Source: Promethearchaeota archaeon (GTDB lineage Archaea; Asgardarchaeota; Lokiarchaeia; Sigyniarchaeales; SOKP01). Taken from it: a stretch of DNA of 35,860 nucleotides. The notes under the pieces are model-generated. The model was not told the origin of the DNA and made no database searches. It saw only the letters and a list, made by a program, of their open reading frames with translations. Position numbers and translations under genes: made by a program. This document shows, in pieces, positions 1 to 8,894 of this stretch (the first letter of the stretch is position 1; every line of letters starts with the position of its first letter). The DNA lies in the NCBI GenBank assembly GCA_048938025.1, contig JBHLMP010000039.1, positions 1 through 35,860 on the forward strand, given 5' to 3'.

Positions 1-55
1 TATCTAAAATTGCCATCTCTTCAGAAGTGATTTTTTCAGAATTAAATGGTTTCAT
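1..55 (-). CDS. nnrE: NAD(P)H-hydrate epimerase (YjeF N-terminal domain), 5' fragment running off the window
   Basis: Manual translation from ATG at 55: MKPFNSEKITSEEMAILD..., resembling the archaeal YjeF_N start (IT..EM..LD.N). Only 18 codons are visible. Confidence 0.55.
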   Translation of the reverse strand, partial: MKPFNSEKITSEEMAILD

Positions 56-168
56 AACAATTTAATTTAAGATTTTGGAATAAAAAACCTTTTAGGTAAA
101 AACTATATATAAGATTATTTTTTTGGTTTCAATCACTAGAAGATTTAGATAAAAATAAAGAATAAGAG

Positions 169-302
169 TGCCGGTGGTGGGATTCGAGCCCACGACCTCC
201 AGAGTACATCCAGTCTGACCCATTTTTTCAGAAGGATTATGAGTCTGGCGCTGTGATCAAGCATAATCACTAAGGCTTTATAACCAGCTAAGCCACACCG
301 GC
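169..302 (-). tRNA. tRNA-Met(CAT), elongator type, with two introns (about 27 nt in the D-arm, 33 nt in the anticodon loop)
   Basis: Acceptor stem GCCGGTG/CACCGGC plus A73; D-arm GCTTAGCTGGTTA..AGC; anticodon stem CCAGA/TCTGG with CT-CAT-A; T-stem GTGGG/CCCAC. Removing about 253-280 and 205-237 gives a 74-nt cloverleaf. The GCCG start fits elongator Met rather than initiator or Ile2. Confidence 0.88.
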
Positions 303-318
303 AATCTAATAAACTTTA

Positions 319-421
319 AGCCCCCGGCGGGAATTTCCGAGGAAAATAGGTATTTTCTCACTTTTGAACCCGCGACCTTTGCCTTACCAAGGCAACGCTC
401 TACCACCTAAGCAACGGAGGC
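319..421 (-). tRNA. tRNA-Thr(GGT) with a 30-nt intron in the T-loop (59/60)
   Basis: Acceptor GCCTCCG/CGGGGGC plus U73; D-stem GCTT/GAGC; anticodon stem TTGCC/GGCAA with TT-GGT-AA; the T-stem GCGGG/CCCGC encloses 37 nt instead of 7. Confidence 0.92.
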
Positions 422-454
422 ATAATTAAACTTCTGACAAACTAAGTAATTAAT

Positions 455-478
455 GCTAAATTAAAAATTTTTTTACCA
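455..478 (-). promoter_or_regulatory. Putative BRE/TATA promoter for the tRNA-Thr/tRNA-Met pair
   Basis: Minus strand reads GTAAAAAAATTTTTAATTTAG about 40 nt upstream of mature tRNA-Thr. The AT-rich background limits certainty. Confidence 0.35.
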
Positions 479-697
479 AATAAATTCATCTAATTTATAA
501 TCTTCTCTCAATTTTAAATAATTTAGAGCAATACCCAAAATTGTATTTTTTTCAAAATAATTGAGTTCGTTCTTTTGATTGAAAAAAATGTGTAATAAAA
601 AAAAGTTTAAATATAAGAATGTAGGCTAGTTGAGTAATTTACCATTAAGTAATATTATATTTCTTTGTATGACTTAAGGAGAAATTTGAATTAAAAA

Positions 698-1090
698 ATG
701 TCAATTAGTGAATTTTTGGTAATTAATTCAGAGGGATTAACTCTTTTCAAGTTTTCTCCTGATGAAGACTTGAATACGGAGATAAAGTGTGGTTTTTTTT
801 CAGCAATTCAATCATTTGCCAAAACATTTGTTGACAAGAATAAGGAAAAATATCGTAGTATTATTAGAATAGGAGACTTCAATTATAACTTTCTTTGCAA
901 TCAACTTTATGATATATACTTTGTTTTAAAGTCTGCTAATAGAGATAAAGAAAAAGATATTAATGATTATCTCAGAAAATTAGAAGAATTATTCATAGAA
1001 CAATTTAGAATGGATTTAATAACTTTTGATGGTGATATTTCAAAATTTCAAAGATTCAAAAAAACAGTAACAAAATTTATTGAAAAATAA
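698..1090 (+). CDS. Small longin-like domain protein (Asgard type)
   Basis: 130 aa; pattern FLVINSEGLTLF...GFFSAIQSFAK...hairpin strands...YLRKLEELFIEQF...FDGDISKF matches the beta-beta-alpha-beta3-alpha-alpha longin fold. Upstream AAGGAG. Confidence 0.65.
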   Translation: MSISEFLVINSEGLTLFKFSPDEDLNTEIKCGFFSAIQSFAKTFVDKNKEKYRSIIRIGDFNYNFLCNQLYDIYFVLKSANRDKEKDINDYLRKLEELFIEQFRMDLITFDGDISKFQRFKKTVTKFIEK

Positions 1091-1105
1091 AAAAAAGAAA
1101 ATTGA

Positions 1106-1765
1106 TTACATTAAACTGGTAAATACAGCTCCTAATGCGATGTAGAATTGGGCTAGAAAATATGTCACCATATTAATTACTCTCTTTTGCTTGGCTGGTT
1201 CATCCCATTTATTTAAAGCAAGGAAAACATCAGAAAAGATAAAAAATATAGAACCAATGTAAATTAAAATAAATTCTAGTCCTCCAAATTCAGCTAGCCG
1301 TAGAACTGCGGCGATATGCATTAATAGTATAGCAGCCATGTAGACTAATACAGGAATTTTTAAATCTCCAGTTTTATTGATAAATCTTGGAACTGAAAAT
1401 AACATAATCAAAATTACAGGTCCAAGTAAGAATAGACCCCACACATTAAATGCAGAGATATCGCTTATGGACATGAAAAATGAAATTATAAAGAATATTT
1501 GGTTTAATAAAAATGCCACCATACCATATAAAAACCATTTTTCATTCTTTAGCATCAAGAAAAAATCTCCCATCCATCCAAATAGTAGAGCAACCACTAT
1601 TAACCAATCAATGTTAGCATGAGCTCCAAATACATAAAATAGGACAATAAAAGGCAATACAAGTGGTTTAAAGGCTGTAATTAAAGTATCATTATCTTTA
1701 TACTCACCGTAAATTTCTAAAGCTGCAAAAATGAAAACACAAACCATAAAGAGGTATAGACTCAT
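1106..1765 (-). CDS. yhhN: Lysoplasmalogenase family membrane protein (YhhN/TMEM86)
   Basis: Multi-TM protein with motifs KPL, GDFFL, GMVAFLLNQ, FIFSDVFLA, TYFLAQ. Confidence 0.85.
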   Translation of the reverse strand: MSLYLFMVCVFIFAALEIYGEYKDNDTLITAFKPLVLPFIVLFYVFGAHANIDWLIVVALLFGWMGDFFLMLKNEKWFLYGMVAFLLNQIFFIISFFMSISDISAFNVWGLFLLGPVILIMLFSVPRFINKTGDLKIPVLVYMAAILLMHIAAVLRLAEFGGLEFILIYIGSIFFIFSDVFLALNKWDEPAKQKRVINMVTYFLAQFYIALGAVFTSLM

Positions 1766-1913
1766 TTTTTTCTTATCTAAAAAGTGTATTTAAGTGATTA
1801 TAGACTAAGAATTAAAGATTTAAATAATTTTTTATTAAAAATTACGTATTCTCAGAGCTTACTTTAGTAGTATCCTCATTCTTTAAATCTTATTATCATT
1901 ATTTTATTTATTC

Positions 1914-2034
1914 TTATTTAAGCTTGCCATTCTTCTTTCTTTCGATATTTGGGATATAGGTTTTAACTTTTTGTTGACAAATTTTAATAATTCGCACTTT
2001 GGGTAAATTTATTGAATTTAAGATTGTTTGACAA
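1914..2034 (-). pseudogene. Possible degenerate or frameshifted remnant resembling the carbonic anhydrase C-terminal PK-repeat tail
   Basis: Frame 2003..1914 reads PKVRIIKICQQKVKTYIPNIERKKNGKLK*, aligning without gaps to PKIQVPKIYIPKLKIHIPRSVKVK of the adjacent CA. Confidence 0.35.
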
Positions 2035-2084
2035 TTACCTTCTCTTAAAATAATTTAAAATAAACAAATATATATATAATCCCT

Positions 2085-2939
2085 TTAATGATCCTTAACT
2101 TTAACACTCCTTGGTATATGAATTTTTAATTTAGGAATATAAATCTTTGGTACTTGTATTTTAGGTATTTTAGGTATATTTTTATCAGATTTTTGAAGTT
2201 CATCCTCTCTGATATTGGTTTCTGATATTTCTAAAGACTCATTTTCCTCTTTAAGTTCTGATTCACCAGCAATTTCATTCAATGTCTGATTATGAGTATT
2301 AATTGTAAGATATTCGGATAATTGTTGATTTTTTTCAAATAGCAATCCTTTATAAATTTTGAGATGATTATCTTTGATTAATAAATCTCTAAAATCCTCT
2401 TGTTTAAAAATCCACCCAGTTTGAGTATCATATAACATTCCCGTGATTTTCACGTTAGGAAAAAAAGTTTTAATTTCTTGTAAATCATTAATCTGTCTTA
2501 TTATATTACGTATCTCATTATCAATAGGTTTAAAAAAATCATGTAATTTTGAAAGAAGATCTGAATAATTTCTTGATAACCGTTTAAGAAATTCATTGGG
2601 GAGTACCTTTCTTAACTCAGTTATATTTATATTCGTCATCCCACAATCCGTGTGTCCTAAAACAATAATATATTTAATATTGTATTTGTAAATTGTAATT
2701 AAAATAGATCTCATCATATCTAAGGTGTATATATTTCCAGCGTTTCTTAAAATGAAGACATCTCCAGGATCCAGTTGGAATATTCTATGCACATCTATTC
2801 TAGGGTCCATACAACTGAGAAATAATAAAGGATATTTAGGAATTTTAATATCAAATGGATACTTCTCAGGATTTTGAACAATTTTATTTTGAAACTGGAA
2901 ATTTCCTTCAATCAACAATTGTTCGATATCTTTTAACAC
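2085..2939 (-). CDS. Beta-class carbonic anhydrase with an acidic linker and Pro/Lys-rich C-terminal tail
   Basis: Zn-binding motifs CMDPR and HTDC, plus RNAGN. Confidence 0.9.
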   Translation of the reverse strand: MLKDIEQLLIEGNFQFQNKIVQNPEKYPFDIKIPKYPLLFLSCMDPRIDVHRIFQLDPGDVFILRNAGNIYTLDMMRSILITIYKYNIKYIIVLGHTDCGMTNINITELRKVLPNEFLKRLSRNYSDLLSKLHDFFKPIDNEIRNIIRQINDLQEIKTFFPNVKITGMLYDTQTGWIFKQEDFRDLLIKDNHLKIYKGLLFEKNQQLSEYLTINTHNQTLNEIAGESELKEENESLEISETNIREDELQKSDKNIPKIPKIQVPKIYIPKLKIHIPRSVKVKDH

Positions 2940-3005
2940 TTCACTACACTCCTTTACACACTTAATTAGATTAAATCAATAATATAATATTAAAAAAAAA
3001 TGAAA

Positions 3006-4175
3006 TTATTTCTTGACTAAAAGTTCTTTTATTTTTTCAGCTCCTCCATTATTAAAAAATTCCTTGATTTTATCTGAATATTCAGGTAAAAGCTGTAAGA
3101 ATGGTAAAATTGCCCTTGAAAGTGAACTGAATGCTTCATTTCCATCTCCCATAATAAACATTTTATCAGGGCTTAAGTTCTTGAATATTTCTGGTAAAAT
3201 GTTTGTCAATTGAACTGCTAAGAACCTTTCGTCAGCGCTACCCATTGCTTCAACTTGTTTCTTAAAACCTTCTGCTTGAGCAAGCATTTGCTGTTTAATA
3301 TTCTCGGCTTCACCTTCTGCCTGAGCGATTAATTTTCTCTTAATTTGTTGGGCGTCAGCATCAACTTCGATTATTTTCTTTTGTCTATCACCATCTGCTT
3401 CAATTTTTTTACGCTCTCTTTCCTGTTCAGCGATAGCAATTTCTTTATCTTTTCTTCTCAATTCAATTTCCTTTTCAACTTGCTGATTCTGGATGCCTAT
3501 CTCATTTTGAACTTCCAATTCTCTTATTCTTGATTCCCTTTCAGATTCTGCTTTTGCTATTCTAGCTTTTCTTGCCTCAATTGCTTTTTTTACAGCTTCC
3601 ATATTCTTCTTCAATTCTGGTTCTAGAATATTTACCTCTCGAATTTCAATTGATTCAATTACAACTCCCCAATCTGCTGTTAATTCGTGAATTTCTTTGC
3701 TTACGATGTTTATTATTTCTCGACGTTCTCGAATTATTTTTTCAATCGGCATATTCGCACAAGTAGTACGGATAATTGCTTCTGCTGCATTTTTCAGAAT
3801 TTTCTCCACGTAATTCTCATCTCTAGGAATCCATGAAACTGCACTAAAAGCTTTTTCAGGATCAATTACTTTCCAGATTAGCATTCCCACAATTGAAATA
3901 TTTTGATATTCCATTGAAACCACTTGTTCATGAGCTTCTAATGTTGTTTGGATACTAGTAGTAGGAATTACTAAATATTCGTCAATTAAAGGTAAAAGCC
4001 ATAAACTCCCTCCTAATCCAGCATGTTTCACTTTTCCATTACGTAAATGAATAACAAATTGGTTGGTTTTGAATTTTCTATATCGTGTTGCCATGAAAAT
4101 AAAAAATAAAAATGCAACAATTATTACTATAACAACTGACCAAGTAATCCATGTGTATATTTCTTGAAACAACAT
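3006..4175 (-). CDS. SPFH/band 7 domain protein (flotillin-like)
   Basis: N-terminal TM, SPFH core (WKVIDPEKA; WGVVIESIEIREV), Ala/Glu-rich coiled coil (AQAEGEAE). GGAGGT RBS upstream. Confidence 0.9.
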   Translation of the reverse strand: MLFQEIYTWITWSVVIVIIVAFLFFIFMATRYRKFKTNQFVIHLRNGKVKHAGLGGSLWLLPLIDEYLVIPTTSIQTTLEAHEQVVSMEYQNISIVGMLIWKVIDPEKAFSAVSWIPRDENYVEKILKNAAEAIIRTTCANMPIEKIIRERREIINIVSKEIHELTADWGVVIESIEIREVNILEPELKKNMEAVKKAIEARKARIAKAESERESRIRELEVQNEIGIQNQQVEKEIELRRKDKEIAIAEQERERKKIEADGDRQKKIIEVDADAQQIKRKLIAQAEGEAENIKQQMLAQAEGFKKQVEAMGSADERFLAVQLTNILPEIFKNLSPDKMFIMGDGNEAFSSLSRAILPFLQLLPEYSDKIKEFFNNGGAEKIKELLVKK

Positions 4176-4269
4176 CTTTTTAAAACCTCCTTTTTTTATT
4201 TTTAATAATTTTTTAAATTTTTATTTTAAATTTTTATCTATTCATTAATATTTTAATATAAATCCAATC

Positions 4270-5256
4270 TTACATTCCTCTATAACGAATTGAGCTTATC
4301 TTATTATCAACTAATAAAAAACCATCTTTCACATCACAGATATATACTTTTTCTCCTCTCTCAAATGAAGACTCAAGATTTAACGGTTTTACATGAAGTT
4401 TTTCAAATTTCATTGGAGTATTAGAAGAAATTTTAATGACTCCTCCTCTCTTGTCTACATCCAAAATAATAACTCCTTTCTGCCCAATTAAATTTTGGGT
4501 GGAAGAAATCATGTAATATCTAGATTTTGCTATTTTCTTCCAAGTTGTCGAAATGGACTTTGTAATTAAATATGTTATTGCGAGCGTTGCGAAGAACATG
4601 AGAAATTTCACCTCATTATCAAGAAGATAATAGAACAATATTCCAGATATACCGAAAAGCAATAAGGATGTAGAAAACAATAGCATAAAGGGAGCAGGAG
4701 TTGTATCATTAAATATACCCGAATCTCCTGTATCATCAACATGATCTACGTGATCTACATGATCTACGTGATCTACATGGTCTACGTGATCTACATGGTC
4801 TACGTGATCTGCATGATCTAGATGATCAACATGACCAAGATCTACGTGATCTACATGGTCTAGATGATCAACATGTCCAAAATCTACGTGATCTACATGA
4901 TCTAGATGATCAACATGTCCAAGATCTACGTGATCTACATGGTCTAGATGATCCATATTTTGAAGATCATGAGTTGACATTTCAGCTAGGAAAGCTGATA
5001 AAATCGACATTATTATTCCACCTATAAACAATCCTAAACACATGCTAAAAAAAACGTCATAAAAGCTTTTTATAAAAAATCCTATAAGTGTAAATATTAA
5101 ACTGGCTAAAGATATTAAAAATATAGTAAATTTATATCTTCTTTTCCAATGTATATTTTTCGAGTTAATTAGTTTCCTAATAGAGCTAATTCTCATATTC
5201 TTAACTTTATTATTTTTTGATGAATTGATTTTGTATTTCACCTCATATTCCTTCAA
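4270..5256 (-). CDS. NfeD/YqiJ-like membrane protein with a His/Asp-rich repeat
   Basis: Several TM helices; C-terminal OB-fold (LIGQKGVI..GGVIKI..FERGEKVYI); directly upstream of the SPFH gene. The true start may be downstream of the TTG. Confidence 0.8.
   Translation of the reverse strand: MKEYEVKYKINSSKNNKVKNMRISSIRKLINSKNIHWKRRYKFTIFLISLASLIFTLIGFFIKSFYDVFFSMCLGLFIGGIIMSILSAFLAEMSTHDLQNMDHLDHVDHVDLGHVDHLDHVDHVDFGHVDHLDHVDHVDLGHVDHLDHADHVDHVDHVDHVDHVDHVDHVDHVDDTGDSGIFNDTTPAPFMLLFSTSLLLFGISGILFYYLLDNEVKFLMFFATLAITYLITKSISTTWKKIAKSRYYMISSTQNLIGQKGVIILDVDKRGGVIKISSNTPMKFEKLHVKPLNLESSFERGEKVYICDVKDGFLLVDNKISSIRYRGM
4738..4953 (-). repeat. Coding tandem repeat: 3 x 42 bp (DHLDHVDHVD[L/F]GHV), then DHLDHA and 8 x 9 bp (DHV)
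   Basis: Plus-strand units tacgtgatc / tacatgatc / tacatggtc are directly visible; 22 His in 72 aa. Confidence 0.95.
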
Positions 5257-5470
5257 ATAACAATATGAATAAAAATGGTAAAGTCATAAACAAAAGTATT
5301 AAAAGAAGATATATAAAAAATGTAAAATACAATTTGGGTTTTAATGTGTAGCCTTTATAAATACGTTGTTTATAATTTTTTTTCTTATTTTGTTTTAAAT
5401 GCTTTATTTTTCTTTTATTTAAATCTTCTAAAATAATAAACTTATCAACAATCTCTTCTTTAGGATTCAC
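5243..5470 (-). CDS. Small basic protein with a C-terminal TM helix
   Basis: 75 aa, GTG start preceded by AGGAGAG, hydrophobic C-terminus, same strand as its neighbours. Confidence 0.5.
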   Translation of the reverse strand: MNPKEEIVDKFIILEDLNKRKIKHLKQNKKKNYKQRIYKGYTLKPKLYFTFFIYLLLILLFMTLPFLFILLFEGI

Positions 5471-5504
5471 TTTTTATTCTCTCCTTTTTTTGAAAAAAAA
5501 AATA

Positions 5505-5987
5505 TTACTTCTCTACTTTCATTCCACATTCTTGACAAAATTTTGCATCCTTTTCCAGTTTTGCTCCACAATACCGACAGAATTGAATTTCTTGGGGATT
5601 CAGGATAACTTTTTTTGATTTTTCATTTAAAATTACTTCAAGTTGATTTTGGGAGGGGCTTCGAATTTTATATGGATTTAATTTAGGGGTTAACTTTTCA
5701 GATTCATTTGGATTTTGTTTATAACTATTAATTTTTACTTTTTCAGAACTCACACTCGCTATTGTAGCAATAATACCTACTATAATAAAGATCGAAATTA
5801 GAAAGATTATGCCTCCAATAATCCATATTGAATGAATTACAAGACCATCGAATTTATTAAAACTAAAAGAACTAAAAAAGAAAACACCAAATCCCAGAAT
5901 TAGTAAAATAAGTGAGATTAATACACCAATCTTATGGTGACCAATACGATTTCTCCTATTTCCTATAATTGGGATCATCCATGCCAT
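5505..5987 (-). CDS. Two-TM membrane protein with a C-terminal zinc ribbon
   Basis: Two hydrophobic helices; CRYCG...CQECG. Confidence 0.8.
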   Translation of the reverse strand: MAWMIPIIGNRRNRIGHHKIGVLISLILLILGFGVFFFSSFSFNKFDGLVIHSIWIIGGIIFLISIFIIVGIIATIASVSSEKVKINSYKQNPNESEKLTPKLNPYKIRSPSQNQLEVILNEKSKKVILNPQEIQFCRYCGAKLEKDAKFCQECGMKVEK

Positions 5988-6210
5988 TTTTTTTCTATAT
6001 ATTTTATATTTTTAATTTTTTATTTTTTATATTTCCTTATATATCTTTATATAATGATATATTTAAATGTTTTGATTATTATAGAAGCGTGTAAGAAAGA
6101 GACCTAAGAGGATTTTAAATAGCGTTTGATGATATATATATAGTTATATATAGTTATAATATATAATTTATATTATAGAAAAGAATCTACAAAAAGAGAA
6201 TAAAGATAAT

Positions 6211-6249
6211 TTGAGTCTAACATTGGATTTCGTTCTTTATTAGACTCAA
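6211..6249. promoter_or_regulatory. Perfect 10-bp inverted repeat (TTGAGTCTAA-N19-TTAGACTCAA) in a divergent intergenic region
   Basis: Arms at 6211-6220 and 6240-6249. Confidence 0.45.
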
Positions 6250-6484
6250 GTGATTTTGTATTAGAGAAAAATAAAATCATATTCATTATAAATCTATATG
6301 GAACAATTTTTTACAAATTCCAATTAGGAATAATTTGTGCTAAAACAACTTTGAATAAAAATAAATATAAGATTGATCATATATATTTATATATATAAGA
6401 AAAAACATTTTTTAATCTCGTTATTTCCTTTAAATAATAGGATTAAAATATTTAAATATAAAAATATATATACAAATTGAGACA

Positions 6485-7267
6485 TTGGTAAAAAATATTT
6501 TAGGAGTTGATTCTATCACAAAAGAAAATGGAACTTCTGATGATAAAAGTACTGATACTAAAAAAGACGAAACTAAAGAGCCTGAGTCTAAAGATAAACC
6601 TATATATGTAAAAGTAAGTGATGAAACAAGGGGTTTGATTGATAAATATAAGGAACAAGGTACTACTATCTCAGACTTGATAAAAAATGCAATTAAATGT
6701 TATGATGATTTCAATTCAATTTCGCCTGAAATACATGCTATTATCGGCAAATATATAGAAGGTGATGAGTCTAATATATCATTTATAGAACGTGCAGTAA
6801 AATATTATGGAGAGCAAAAAAATCTTGATAGAGATCTATGGGTTCGAGCTAGAGAGGAGATGAAAATGATGCTTATAGGTAAAACTACTTTTAATCAACT
6901 TATCGCTGCTGCTGAAGCTCCAGAAGAAAGTTTAAAAAAACCTTGGCGCAAAAATGTAGCTATTGATATTATATTATGGTATACCGGTAAACCACTCAAG
7001 AGTCTTACGATTGAAGAGATTATGCAAACAATTCAAAAGATGTGGGTTGTTGCGAATTATTTTTATACAATTGACATTACAAAAGAGAAGGAAGATGAGT
7101 ATCATCTATTATTTCGGCATAGACAAAATAAACGCTATTCTGCCTATTGGTTAGGCTATTTTACAGAATTATTTCAATCAGAAGATTTGTCTTTTAAATG
7201 CGCAGTTGAGGGTCAAACTTTTGATGAAACATTATCAATGATAGTTAAAGTAGGATATGAGAAATAA
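6485..7267 (+). CDS. Putative transcriptional regulator: ribbon-helix-helix (CopG-like) region plus an alpha/beta C-terminal domain
   Basis: IYVKVSDETRGLIDKYKEQGTTISDLIKNAIKCY fits the RHH pattern; the C-terminus resembles V4R/H-NOX-like topology (inferred). Confidence 0.55.
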   Translation: MVKNILGVDSITKENGTSDDKSTDTKKDETKEPESKDKPIYVKVSDETRGLIDKYKEQGTTISDLIKNAIKCYDDFNSISPEIHAIIGKYIEGDESNISFIERAVKYYGEQKNLDRDLWVRAREEMKMMLIGKTTFNQLIAAAEAPEESLKKPWRKNVAIDIILWYTGKPLKSLTIEEIMQTIQKMWVVANYFYTIDITKEKEDEYHLLFRHRQNKRYSAYWLGYFTELFQSEDLSFKCAVEGQTFDETLSMIVKVGYEK

Positions 7268-7289
7268 TAAAAAAAATAATTTTTAAAAA

Positions 7290-7667
7290 TTATTTTGCTG
7301 ATTCATCTTCTTCCATTATACCAAGTTTATTTCCTTCTGTATCTTTAAACATATAAAAGTAACCAACTCCAGGTACAGTTATTTTTGGTGAAATAACAGT
7401 ACCTCCATTATCTTCTATCTTTTTCCTTACTTTATCAACCGAAGGAACTTTAATATAGTTAAAAATCTGATCTTCTGATTCCTCTCTTTTTTGTAACCCA
7501 CCATTTATTCCTTCTTCATTTTCTTCTCCTGCATCGATTACCCAATATTCCATAGAACCTTTCCATTTTTCTATTTTCCAATTGAAAACATTCTCATAAA
7601 ATCCTTTTGCTCGTATTGGGTCATCAGCATTAATTTCAAAATGGACAATTTTTGGTATTTTATTCAC
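7290..7667 (-). CDS. VOC/glyoxalase family protein
   Basis: IVHFEINADD..RAKGFYENVFNW; GINGGL; FKDTEGNKLGI. Confidence 0.9.
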   Translation of the reverse strand: MNKIPKIVHFEINADDPIRAKGFYENVFNWKIEKWKGSMEYWVIDAGEENEEGINGGLQKREESEDQIFNYIKVPSVDKVRKKIEDNGGTVISPKITVPGVGYFYMFKDTEGNKLGIMEEDESAK

Positions 7668-7778
7668 CTTAATTTGATGGTAATTAAATGGTGTTTTGGT
7701 ATTTTAAAAAAATTTCTAAATTTAACTGAATTTAAGAAAATAAAAAAAGCTTAAAATCTTTAATTACAAACTTTAATT

Positions 7779-8846
7779 ATGAATTATTATACTAAAAATG
7801 CTCTATTATCCTCTGTTGGGAATAGCACCAATTTAATTGAATTAAAACATAAAAGAAGTGGCTCAATTATTATATCTGAATATGGTGGACGCCCTTTAGG
7901 ATTATTCCCTCGAGAAGATTGTTATTGTTTATTGTGGATAAACGCTGAAATTAAAAAGGCTATCAAAGCACGAGATCGAGTAATTGGAGGAGACAGATAT
8001 TGGATAAGCCCAGAACGTGACTTCTTTTATAAGGATCCTGAGAATTTTAGAGATTGGTTCTGTCAGTCATCGTTAGATCCTGCCAATTATGAGATACTTG
8101 CAATTTCAGAAACTTCTTGTACATTATCAAGTGGAATTTTTGTATCAAATCAAAGAACTAAGCAAGGTTACCAAGGAGAAATAACTCGCCAATTCAAAAT
8201 TATAGAGGAACCTATCAGGACAGGTGTTAATTATTGTGGTTTAGAGTTTTTAGATGATTGTGTTCTTTATAGACCAAATTTAAAAGTTAATGGTTGGTCT
8301 TTAGCTTGTATTATTAGTGGCGGTCCTTCAAATCCAGGAACAGTTTTAGTACCAACTAAGCCAGATCCAAAACCTCTTTCTTATTTTCGATATATTCCAG
8401 CAACTCGTTTAAAAATTAGAGAAAATTATGTAGCATATAAAGTAGATGTTGATGATATCTACAAATTGGCAATTCGACCTGAAGATATTGATTATGAGAA
8501 AAAAGCAAAGATAGGATACATAATTAAAATTCCGGATTCAGAAGATTATGGATTGTTAGTTAAACTATCTGATGATATCCCAAGAAGTCAAAATGAATGT
8601 TTTGACGTAGCGAGAGATCATCCTAATTCTGAGATAGGGGTTGTTCAATCATATAATTCTGAATCTCCAAATAAACCACTATTAAATTATGGAGAAATTG
8701 AGCTTCAGTTGAGTCCCTTTAAAACAATTGATAATGCTTCGCATGGTAAAGCGAAACACCAATTAATCGGTTATATTGGCAAAAAAGAAGAAATTGAAGG
8801 TGTCATAGAAAAATATCTAGGGATTGATAATCCTTTCTTGTTTTAA
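7779..8846 (+). CDS. Conserved hypothetical protein (DUF6786 / galactose-mutarotase-like beta-sandwich)
   Basis: YGGRPLGL, LLWIN, GGDRYWISPE and YGEIELQLSP motifs. Confidence 0.55.
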   Translation: MNYYTKNALLSSVGNSTNLIELKHKRSGSIIISEYGGRPLGLFPREDCYCLLWINAEIKKAIKARDRVIGGDRYWISPERDFFYKDPENFRDWFCQSSLDPANYEILAISETSCTLSSGIFVSNQRTKQGYQGEITRQFKIIEEPIRTGVNYCGLEFLDDCVLYRPNLKVNGWSLACIISGGPSNPGTVLVPTKPDPKPLSYFRYIPATRLKIRENYVAYKVDVDDIYKLAIRPEDIDYEKKAKIGYIIKIPDSEDYGLLVKLSDDIPRSQNECFDVARDHPNSEIGVVQSYNSESPNKPLLNYGEIELQLSPFKTIDNASHGKAKHQLIGYIGKKEEIEGVIEKYLGIDNPFLF

Positions 8847-8894
8847 TTTGGAGCATTAAAAAATAGGTAAAATAAAAAAATAGGTAATAAGGTT

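Noticed and set aside
169-421. tRNAs as an integration site for a provirus or island
   Set aside because: No integrase and no repeated tRNA 3' end seen in the window.
1377-3766. Plus-strand ORFs 1377..1622, 3013..3213, 3345..3533 and 3572..3766
   Set aside because: Antisense shadows of well-supported yhhN and SPFH genes, with no recognisable motifs.
4738-4953. Possible CRISPR array
   Set aside because: Contiguous 9/42-bp coding repeats with no unique spacers and no cas genes.
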